NCBI RefSeq assembly: GCF_000952155.1
Contig: NZ_JYON01000006.1
Span: 2,833-26,832 of the forward strand
DNA from: Aliterella atlantica CENA595
Lineage (GTDB): Bacteria > Cyanobacteriota > Cyanobacteriia > Cyanobacteriales > Chroococcidiopsidaceae
Reading direction: 5' to 3'
Length of the DNA stretch: 24,000 nt
Shown: piece by piece, positions 10,047-16,811 of the stretch
How the letters are laid out: each line of letters opens with the position of its first letter
Position numbering within the stretch: the first letter of the stretch is position 1
The notes under the pieces: generated by a model
Database searches by the model: none
Told to the model about the DNA's origin: nothing
Seen by the model: only the letters and a program-made list of their open reading frames with translations
Program-made: the position numbers and the translations under genes

Positions 10047-10283
10047 ATGTCGCGCAAATGTCAGCTAACAGGCAAAAAGGCAAACAACGCCTTTGCAGTC
10101 TCTCACTCCCACCGCCGCACGAAAAAGCTGCAAGAAGCCAATTTACAATGGAAACGCGTATGGTGGAGTCAAGGCAATCGTTGGGTAAGACTTAAGCTTT
10201 CTACCAAAGCCATCAAAACATTGGAAAGCAAAGGTTTAGCAGCAATGGCAAAAGAAGCTGGAATTGACTTAAATCGTTACTAA
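10047..10283 (+). CDS. rpmB: 50S ribosomal protein L28
   Basis: 78-aa ORF beginning [34 protein letters not shown], the canonical bL28 N-terminus. AGGTAAG lies just upstream of the ATG. Confidence 0.97.
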   Translation: MSRKCQLTGKKANNAFAVSHSHRRTKKLQEANLQWKRVWWSQGNRWVRLKLSTKAIKTLESKGLAAMAKEAGIDLNRY

Positions 10284-10416
10284 AATATTTCTAATTAGGG
10301 GCTAGCTGTTCAATTTTACTGCAGCAAGTAGCCCCTGCCAGATCGACAGTTAAAGCCAATGCTATTTTAAGGTTTTGAATAGTGAGGCGATCGCGTTTTT
10401 TGAATCGCCAATTAAG

Positions 10417-11029
10417 TTAAGATTGCTGCTCAAAAGCCTGTTTTACTGCCTCTAAATCTATACATAGTTGTTGGGCAATTTGCTCCACACTCATTCCTGC
10501 TTGCAACAGCAGAGGTACTGCTGCCAGTTTACCTTCTTTACGACCTTGCTCTAATCCTTGCTCTAGTCCTTGCTCTAGTCCTTGCTCTAGTCCTTCTTCT
10601 AAAGCCTCTTGGTAAACTTTAGTCTGCTTGAGTTCGCTTAATCCCAACATTTGTTCAATCTCCTGCCTGCTCAAGTTTGGAAACTTATAGACAAATACTG
10701 TTTCTACTAATTCTACAATTTTTCGCTGTTCGGCAGCATCTTTTAGTTCCTGTCTAGTTCTGCTAATTAGCTGTCTTGCTTGCTGCTGGGCAACATTTTC
10801 CTTAACGCCAATTAGTTGTAGCACTCCTAACCCTAGTGAGGCGCTAGCTATTTGTGTTGATAGCTCATCTAAATAGATGCGCTGCAAGCGAGGACTATTG
10901 GCAAAGTCTTGATACTGTGGTGGTAATCCTGGATCTAAACGACGTTTGGTGAATATTAGGATTCCTCGCCAGTCGTTTACAGGTTTATAGTCGTTCAAGT
11001 ACAAGAAGATTTCGCTAAAAAAGCTGGGG
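10417..11029 (-). CDS. Exon 2 of an intron-split Rpn-family (DUF2887/DUF4351-like) nuclease or putative transposase
   Basis: After the predicted 3' splice site (11030|11029) the frame reads ..PSFFSEIFLYLNDYKPVNDWRGILIF.. and continues to a C-terminal EQGL-repeat/helical tail typical of DUF4351. The first ~34 codons of the 237-aa track ORF (11030-11130) are intron domains V/VI, not coding sequence. Confidence 0.75.
10545..10596 (-). repeat. In-frame 12-nt tandem repeat (about 4.3 copies) encoding (GLEQ)n
   Basis: The plus strand reads CCTTGCTCTAAT, then CCTTGCTCTAGT three times, then CCTT. This translates on the minus strand to GLEQGLEQGLEQGLEQG. Confidence 0.85.
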
Positions 11030-11032
11030 ATT

Positions 11033-11104
11033 AAAGTCAGTGAAGGAGTCGCCCCCTCCACTGCTCTCCAAAACGGAACGTGATAGTTTCCGATCATTCC
11101 GCTC
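11033..11104 (-). ncRNA. Group II intron domains V and VI (catalytic hairpin and branch-site hairpin)
   Basis: Domain V is GAGCGGAAUGAUCG-GAAA-CUAUCA-CG-UUCCGUUU. It is 34 nt with an AGC triad, a 2-nt CG bulge on the 3' strand and a GAAA tetraloop. Domain VI has a 4-bp basal helix (AGAG/CUUU), bulged A 11037, an 11-bp upper helix (CAGUGGAGGGG/CUCCUUCACUG) and a GCGA loop. Confidence 0.8.
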
Positions 11105-11126
11105 CTCAGTAGTACGGTTGTTGTCA

Positions 11127-12941
11127 TCAATACGTCATTACCAACATATCGTCTTCCCAGGTAAACTTATCTGGAAATCCTGGTGGCTTTGGCTTAACAC
11201 TATTACAGTTAGATTTTGTACCATAACTGCCGTCAGTGGCAGTCTTTTTGTCGTGGCAGTGTCGATGGAGTAGTTGCCAATTGTTATACGAATTCTTACC
11301 ACCCAATGATGTCGGAATTATGTGGTCGACTTCTATCGGCTCTCCGTATGTAAAGTAGTTTTTGCAGTGGGCGCATTTTCCCTTTTGCCGCTTGAGTAGG
11401 GTTGCTATTCTTGCGGGGGTCTGTGGGTGCGTTCCCCTTCTTGAACTCCAATATAGCCAGTTTCCGTCATAAGGCGATGAATTACCTTTCACTTTGACAT
11501 GACGGGTAATTTCTGTTGAGTTATGTGGAATGAGTGTTAGGGAATTATTACCTTCCTTAGTAGCAAACGTCCAATTGTTGCCTTGTACTGTTTTAAAGTA
11601 TTTACGGCTTGTCCAACTTCTACCTTTTTTTCGATGACGGCGGCGACCCCATTTAAGCAGTTTCCAGAAAGACAAATGCCATAACCTTTTAAAGGTTTTA
11701 TGACTGGAGACAGTTGAAAAGTAGTTACACCAACCCCTTATAATTGGGCTTAGTATCTTGATTAAGGTTGCTTGGTCTAATCCCCGCGACCTATTTATTA
11801 TTCCAGCTATCTTTCTGTAGTGCCTTTTCTGGCTCTCCTTACTGGGGGTGATAATAGTTTTAAACCCTAGTAATCCGCCTCTATGACTACCTGATTGATA
11901 TTTGCCAACAGGGAATTGTTTGATGTTGAATCCGAGAAAATTAAACCCCGATTCTGTATCACCAAATTCATTCAGGGTGTGAGCGATTCTTGTTTTACTA
12001 GGTTTTAATTCTAACCCAATGCCGTTTAACCACTTTTCTATCTCTGTTTTACACAAATTTACTACTTCTATGTCTTTATGGAGAACAACGAAGTCGTCTG
12101 CGTATCTAACAAATGTAATCGATTTAAGCTTATCTCTAACACTCAATTGAGTGAAATCTGGTCGCTTCATATCTAATTTTGGGGCTAGACCCATGATTAG
12201 TTCTTCGATTCCATGTAGGGCGACGTTTGCCAGCAGGGGTGAGATAACTCCTCCTTGGGGCGTGCCTTCATTAGTAGGGAACAACTGTCTCCCATCCATT
12301 ACACCAGCTTTTAACCAAGCTCGGATTTGTCTTTGCAGGGTGGGATAGGTATTTAGTTTTGAGAGAAGTACATCGTGGTTGATGCGGTCGAAGCATTTAC
12401 TGATGTCGGCATCCAAGACGTACTTGGCTTTTTTATTTACCGCAATGTATATTGCTCCAATTGCATCATGGCATGAGCGTCCAGGGCGGAACCCGTAGGA
12501 ATTTGGTTCAAATCGCGCTTCCCATTCTGGCTCCATTGCCATTTTGACTAGCGCTTGCAAGGCTCGGTCGTACATTGTCGGTATTCCTAATGGTCTTTTT
12601 TCCTCACTTCCTGGTTTGGGTATCCAAACTCGGCGTGTTGGTCTGACCTTTGTCCCCAGTTTGATTTTATTCATTAGGGTGAGACGTTGCTTTGGGGATA
12701 GTGCCTTAACACCGTCCACTCCTGCCGTCTTCTTACCTTGATTGTCCTGAGTTACCCGACGAACCGATAATGCTCTTGCCGCCCAAGAACTTATCAATAA
12801 TTTCTGGAGTCTGCGAACTAGCTTGACGTTTCCACGACTAGACGCTTGGTATATCCGCTTTTGCAACTTAAAGACGCTACGTTCCAGCTTTTGCCAGTTG
12901 ATATCGCTCCATTCATACATCGGACATGATGCCGTGTTCAT
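11127..12941 (-). CDS. Group II intron-encoded protein: reverse transcriptase, maturase (X) domain and HNH endonuclease
   Basis: 604-aa ORF. RT blocks include the YADDFVV catalytic motif. The maturase region contains RGWCNYF. The C-terminal HNH region reads CAHCKNYF...VDHIIP...NNWQLLHRHCHDKKT. Confidence 0.95.
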   Translation of the reverse strand: MNTASCPMYEWSDINWQKLERSVFKLQKRIYQASSRGNVKLVRRLQKLLISSWAARALSVRRVTQDNQGKKTAGVDGVKALSPKQRLTLMNKIKLGTKVRPTRRVWIPKPGSEEKRPLGIPTMYDRALQALVKMAMEPEWEARFEPNSYGFRPGRSCHDAIGAIYIAVNKKAKYVLDADISKCFDRINHDVLLSKLNTYPTLQRQIRAWLKAGVMDGRQLFPTNEGTPQGGVISPLLANVALHGIEELIMGLAPKLDMKRPDFTQLSVRDKLKSITFVRYADDFVVLHKDIEVVNLCKTEIEKWLNGIGLELKPSKTRIAHTLNEFGDTESGFNFLGFNIKQFPVGKYQSGSHRGGLLGFKTIITPSKESQKRHYRKIAGIINRSRGLDQATLIKILSPIIRGWCNYFSTVSSHKTFKRLWHLSFWKLLKWGRRRHRKKGRSWTSRKYFKTVQGNNWTFATKEGNNSLTLIPHNSTEITRHVKVKGNSSPYDGNWLYWSSRRGTHPQTPARIATLLKRQKGKCAHCKNYFTYGEPIEVDHIIPTSLGGKNSYNNWQLLHRHCHDKKTATDGSYGTKSNCNSVKPKPPGFPDKFTWEDDMLVMTY

Positions 12942-13606
12942 AACTTATGCATTGCTACTTGTAGCTATACCTTCCGTATTACCGTGAGTCTGTTAGCTTA
13001 TCCTGGTTATTACAACTAGGCGTTTGCTTCTGACTCGATCTTTCCATTCCGTTACCTGACTTGTGCCAGATTTTTCGTCTTAGCTGACTGCTCGAAGTAT
13101 TCGACCTCTTCGAGAGTAGACGGATTGGTTACTTCGTTCCTCATTACCTTTGGTTTGTTCCGTTAGGATGTCATCTCTTCACCGAGCTTTTGGGTAACGT
13201 AGGTATGTCGGTTGGTAATCCTCATACCACCTTTTGCTTCTGCCCTTTTGGGACTTCCAGCGCGTATAGCCTTATTTCGCTGGTTCGGCGTAACGATGAT
13301 TCACACAATGACTTTGCTTTCGCTATCCATAGGAACTTGCTTACGGGATACCACTTTTAGGCTAGTAGCTCTTTTCCGCTTTTATCCCCGCTTCACCGAT
13401 TGAGGGCTAGTCGCTACAGTGGGGGATATGCTTTCACTCCTACGTCTGGAGGACAGGACTTGACGCTTTCTAGGATACTAACGCTCACCTGCAAGGTTAT
13501 GAAGTTATCATTTGCAAGGGATTAAAGTGCGAACTCAATCCTGTTGGATTACCCTACAAATGTCGCCCATCCCCCGATTTATCGGTTTCGAGCGAACGAA
13601 TCGCAC

Positions 13607-13836
13607 TACAAGTCGCCTTTTGTGTCTCGATAGCCTTGAATTTCCAGGAAATATATTGGTAAGTCGGTGGCATAAATAGGCGGAACTAAAATACCATCAA
13701 TCCGAAAGCTAGTCTGTTTGACTTCTTGGGATGCAAAACTGTAAGTTGATGTTCTCGGCGAATCGTTGCCGATGAGTTCAAATAGAATAGCGGGGTAAAG
13801 TTGAAACAGTTCGTAAAATAAGCTGTCTGTCTGCAC
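13607..13836 (-). CDS. Exon 1 of the intron-split Rpn-family (DUF2887-like) nuclease or putative transposase
   Basis: MQTDSLFYELFQLYPAILFELIGN...VKQTSFRIDGILVP...PIYFLEIQ matches the N-terminal pattern of cyanobacterial DUF2887/Rpn proteins as I recall it. The apparent TAG stop (13608-13606) spans the exon-intron junction (TA|G). Splicing gives TA|C, which is Tyr, in frame with exon 2. The spliced product is 280 aa. Confidence 0.75.
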
Positions 13837-13889
13837 TCTTAGTTCGGTGGCTGCACTTAATGAAAGTAAGATTCATTTTAGGGCTAAGA

Positions 13890-14254
13890 GCGATCGCGCT
13901 ATAGTGAAATCCCCACTTGAGTTATAAAAAAGCGATCGCTCTTAGTTTTGGTATGATCGCGCCTCAGTAAAATCTCAACTTAAACCACAAATAAGCGATC
14001 GCACTTTAGTGAAATCTCAACTTGAACCACAAAAAGGCGATCGCGCTTAAGTCAAATCTCAACTTGAGCCACAAACAAGCGATCGCTCTTGGCATTGGTA
14101 AAAGCGATCGCGCTTCAGTAAAATCTCAACTTAAACTACAAAAAGGCGATCGCGCTTATGTGAAATCTCAACTTAAACTACAACAAAGCGATCGCTCCTG
14201 GTATTGTTAAAAGCGATCGCGCTTCAGTGAAATCTCGACTTGAGCCGCAATACA
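13890..14254. repeat. Tandem array of seven 42-bp units plus three 23-25-bp short units, each starting with HIP1 (GCGATCGC)
   Basis: Long-unit consensus is GCGATCGCGCTTCAGTGAAATCTCAACTTGAACCACAAAAAG. Long units start at 13890, ~13953 (degenerate HIP1), 13995, 14037, 14104, 14146 and 14213. Short units (GCGATCGCTCTTGGCATTGGTAAAA-like) start at 13932, 14079 and 14188. Units are contiguous with no unique spacers. Confidence 0.9.
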
Positions 14255-14300
14255 TAGCGTCACGAAAACTGAATGTTTTACTGCTCCAACCAAGCGGCTA

Positions 14301-14346
14301 AAAGAATGAGCGATCGCACTTCTGGTTATGCGATCGCTCATTCTTT
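14301..14346. other. Perfect 18-bp inverted repeat (hairpin) containing two HIP1 sites
   Basis: AAAGAATGAGCGATCGCA (14301-14318) and TGCGATCGCTCATTCTTT (14329-14346) are perfect reverse complements separated by a 10-nt loop. The hairpin lies just downstream of the tandem-repeat array and about 330 bp upstream of the pilin operon. No annotated gene ends here. Confidence 0.5.
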
Positions 14347-14680
14347 ATACTCCGTAACCTGCACAGGCGGGTTTTGTCTGTTTAGCCGTGAATTCTATTA
14401 TTTAGTTTAGAGTAGCTATTCTCTCTACATCTAAGCTAAGACTTGACTTTAGCCTAGTACCTGAAACAGCCTCTTCAATACATAAAGCTAATCTACATTC
14501 AACCGTTAATCTACGTAATTAATTACTTTAACTAAATTAATAGCGTACATTTGCGGTAGATATTCATATTTGCGACTTGCTACAACTATGTATAACTCTC
14601 TTGGCAGTGCAGTTATTAAAAGTTGCGGTTTTAATTTCCCTGGCAGAGTTTATTTATATTAAATAGCGGTCGTTGATTTT

Positions 14681-15256
14681 ATGAATAAAAACTTACTAAT
14701 GCTAGGAGGGCAAAAAGCGAAAAATAATGAGGGATTTACCCTAATTGAATTATTAGTAATTATATCTTTAATAGGTATTATGGCTGCATTTAGTGCGCCT
14801 TATATAAATTTTGGAGTTAACCCATTAAAAGATACTACTAATAGAGTTGCAAGCACCTTTAAACTGATGCGCGTTAAAGCAATGTCTCAAACTTCTGCTT
14901 ATCGGATCAAGCAAGCTACCTCAACTACGTTGAAAATAGAACGTAATAAATTGTGTTCTGATTCAACTGGTTGGACTGTAGATGGTAGCTTTGATTCAGA
15001 AGATTTAACTTTAACCGAAGCCAAAGATTTCAAAGGGGCAGCTAAAAATACTGTTATCGAAATTATAGCCGCAACTGAAAATAGTTCAAACATTACGCCT
15101 TTGATAGAGGCGACAGGTTCGCCAGGCTGGAGCCTTTGTTTCAATAGTAGGGGATTAGCAAATAAAACTTTAAAACTTACTATAAAAGATTTAAAAACTG
15201 CTAAAACGAAAGATATTGAGATATTTCAAGGAGGCGGAGTTCAAATTTATGAATAA
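14681..15256 (+). CDS. Prepilin-type minor pilin/pseudopilin, GspH/FimT(FimU)-like
   Basis: 191 aa. The leader MNKNLLMLGGQKAKNNEG is followed by FTLIELLVIISLIGIMAA, the class III signal G|FTLxE with a hydrophobic helix. It is the first gene of a four-gene pilin-like operon. Confidence 0.8.
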   Translation: MNKNLLMLGGQKAKNNEGFTLIELLVIISLIGIMAAFSAPYINFGVNPLKDTTNRVASTFKLMRVKAMSQTSAYRIKQATSTTLKIERNKLCSDSTGWTVDGSFDSEDLTLTEAKDFKGAAKNTVIEIIAATENSSNITPLIEATGSPGWSLCFNSRGLANKTLKLTIKDLKTAKTKDIEIFQGGGVQIYE

Positions 15257-15716
15257 AATTTTTGCTGGTAAAAATCAAGGGCTGTCATTGGTAGAAGCAT
15301 TAGTAGGAATGACAATTTTCTTGATTACTTTGGCATTCATGATTCCTTTACTTGCAACCAATCAATTTAATACAATCAATAGAGAAATCAAGACAGGAGC
15401 TATTTCTGTCTCGCAAAGAATTCTAGACGAGTTCCGCCAATCTCTAGACCAGCTACCCGCAGATGAGTGGGCAACAAAATTACCATTATCAGGAACAGAG
15501 ACTAAGTTACCTTTACCCTACCCCTCTGGCACTGATATTTCATCCATAACAGAGCTTGGTAAAACTTATAGCGCAAAAATTATTTATTGCGAGGTTATTT
15601 CTCCTGCTACTACTAATCCTAACTGTGATGCCAATACTAGACAAATAAAATTACAAGTGAACTACAATGGTCAACCGATTTATACTGTTGAAACAATTTA
15701 CACAAAGTTCCAATAA
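15249..15716 (+). CDS. Prepilin-type minor pilin, PilV-like
   Basis: The track ORF starts at 15216. ATG 15249 gives MNKIFAGKNQG|LSLVEALVGMTIFLITLAF, a prepilin signal with Glu at +5. This start overlaps the upstream stop codon by 8 nt, which suggests translational coupling. Confidence 0.7.
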   Translation: MNKIFAGKNQGLSLVEALVGMTIFLITLAFMIPLLATNQFNTINREIKTGAISVSQRILDEFRQSLDQLPADEWATKLPLSGTETKLPLPYPSGTDISSITELGKTYSAKIIYCEVISPATTNPNCDANTRQIKLQVNYNGQPIYTVETIYTKFQ

Positions 15717-16800
15717 AGGTTTTACACTACTGGAACTTTTGGTCACTTTAGTTGTAGCCTCAGTTATAACTGGGTTGGCACTCAAACTAATAGTCGATCA
15801 GCGCCAACTCTTTTTAAACGATCAAAGCCGTACTCAAGTTAATCAAAACTTACGAGCTTCTCTAGATTTAGTCGGTGCTGATATTAAACAAGCTGGCGAA
15901 CGACTAACAACAAGTACATTGCCAGTAGTGAGAGTCATAAATGGATCTGCGACCGATCCTAATGTTCCTGATGAGCTAGTATTGCAGCGTTTAGTCATTG
16001 CTGAAAGCCTACCAGTTTGTAAGACAGTTACTACTGGTACTACGACAAGTGAAATAGAAGTCTCTCAAAAAGGCGGTGCTGGATTGTGCAATGCCTCTTT
16101 TTCTAGTCCTACAGCCACTTTGCCTATTACCCTTAACCAGTGGAAAGATAGCCGTTGTGCTAAAGATGGTACTTCTGCTTGCGCCAGAGCTATAGATGTA
16201 AATCGCGCTACAGTCAGCAATCGATGTGTTGAGGAAAAGGATGGTACTGACAAAGAGTGCGTATGGGCTTATATTTACGATCCTGATACTAATCGAGGTG
16301 AGTTTTTCCTTTACGGTTTTGAAAGTCCTAAAGACACTCCAGATACGCCTACTAACGCTTATCGCGTGCATCGGGTTGATGGTGAAGCTTGGAAAAATAC
16401 ATACCCCTATGGTGTCCTGAGTTCTACTAATCCCACTAATCCTACTCTCTACATTTTGGAGCAGCGCCGCTATCGATTAAAAGACAATGTTTTAGAGTTA
16501 ATTCTTAATGAACAAATACCACCTCCATCTAAATCTACATCTGATTTTTTAGTTGACAACCAAACATCACCAATAAGACTTGTTAACCAACTAAGTAATT
16601 TTCAAGTAAAAGCTTTGATGCAAAGTGGCAACACACCACTTACTAGAGAAGATTTTAACAACACAGCTATTGACGACTGGAAGCAACTTAAAGCAATCAA
16701 GATAGATGTAACAGCTATAAACCCAGCACCTAATTCTACTAAAGTTCCTAACCTTACCGTATCTGCACAGTTTTTCCCACGCAACGTTTCTTCTAAGTAA
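15667..16800 (+). CDS. Prepilin-type minor pilin, PilW-like
   Basis: 377 aa. The leader MVNRFILLKQFTQSSNKG is followed by FTLLELLVTLVVASVITGLALKLIVDQRQLF...NLRASLDLVGADIKQAG, a PilW-like pattern. With this start it overlaps the upstream gene by 50 nt. A later TTG start is possible. Confidence 0.75.
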   Translation: MVNRFILLKQFTQSSNKGFTLLELLVTLVVASVITGLALKLIVDQRQLFLNDQSRTQVNQNLRASLDLVGADIKQAGERLTTSTLPVVRVINGSATDPNVPDELVLQRLVIAESLPVCKTVTTGTTTSEIEVSQKGGAGLCNASFSSPTATLPITLNQWKDSRCAKDGTSACARAIDVNRATVSNRCVEEKDGTDKECVWAYIYDPDTNRGEFFLYGFESPKDTPDTPTNAYRVHRVDGEAWKNTYPYGVLSSTNPTNPTLYILEQRRYRLKDNVLELILNEQIPPPSKSTSDFLVDNQTSPIRLVNQLSNFQVKALMQSGNTPLTREDFNNTAIDDWKQLKAIKIDVTAINPAPNSTKVPNLTVSAQFFPRNVSSK

Positions 16801-16811
16801 CAGATAAATTT

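Larger units (their letters stand above)
11030..13606 (-). mobile_element. Complete group II intron (2577 nt) with an intron-encoded RT-maturase-HNH protein
   Basis: On the minus strand the 5' end is GTGCGA (13606 downward), immediately after exon sequence ..GGCGACTTGTA. About 665 nt of domains I-III precede the IEP ORF in domain IV. Domain V lies at 11071-11104. Domain VI has a GCGA tetraloop and bulged A 11037, 7 nt upstream of the 3' end ..AAT (11030). Confidence 0.9.

Noticed and set aside
10306-10344. Hairpin AGGGGCTAGCTG...CAGCAAGTAGCCCCT between the convergent rpmB and the Rpn-like gene, as a bidirectional terminator.
   Set aside because: The stem is interrupted, the loop is large, and there is no adjacent U-tract on either strand. 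It is plausible but not well enough supported to list as a feature.
11036-11036. Alternative 3' splice site after ..CACTGAC (11036), which is also in frame and would give ..DLYLIPSFF...
   Set aside because: With this site, domain VI has no bulged branch-point A and only a 2-nt tail. The 11030 site gives a 4-bp basal helix, bulged A 11037 seven nt upstream, an ..AAT end, and a junction whose length matches the family's LY....F.EIFLYL block.
11030-11130. N-terminal ~34 codons of the 237-aa track ORF (TTG start, MMTTTVLLRSGMIGNYHVPFWRAVEGATPSLTLI).
   Set aside because: This stretch folds as group II intron domains V and VI and overlaps the end of the IEP gene. It is open by chance. The real coding sequence begins at the 3' splice site (11029).
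11127-12941. The reverse transcriptase as a retron, DGR or CRISPR-associated RT (a defence system).
   Set aside because: The maturase X and HNH domains, the flanking GTGCG 5' end and domains V/VI identify it as a group II intron IEP. No msr/msd-like repeats or template/variable repeat pairs were seen.
12957-12963. Minus-strand sequence TACAAGT, perfectly complementary to the last 7 nt of exon 1 (ACTTGTA), as a candidate EBS1.
   Set aside because: It lies about 645 nt into the intron, 16-22 nt upstream of the IEP start codon, which is domain IV. EBS1 is expected in domain I, about 250-400 nt in. I found no convincing EBS1 or EBS2 by eye, so I make no EBS claim.
14022-14210. 62-aa ORF with an internally repetitive sequence (KSDRA..VKSQLKLQ).
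   Set aside because: It is a translation of the 42-bp tandem DNA repeats. It has no RBS or start-codon context, and its periodicity simply mirrors the DNA repeat.
13890-14254. Possible CRISPR array, given regularly spaced repeats of about 36-42 bp.
   Set aside because: The units are contiguous tandem copies that differ by only a few bases. There are no unique spacers between them and no cas genes in the window. The short interspersed units are themselves repeated three times.
14350-14395. The segment TCCGTAACCTGCACAGGCGGGTTTTGTCTGTTTAGCCGTGAATTC resembles small dispersed repeats I recall from Nostocales genomes.
   Set aside because: There is only one copy in this window and I cannot verify the recollection. 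It is not reported as a feature.
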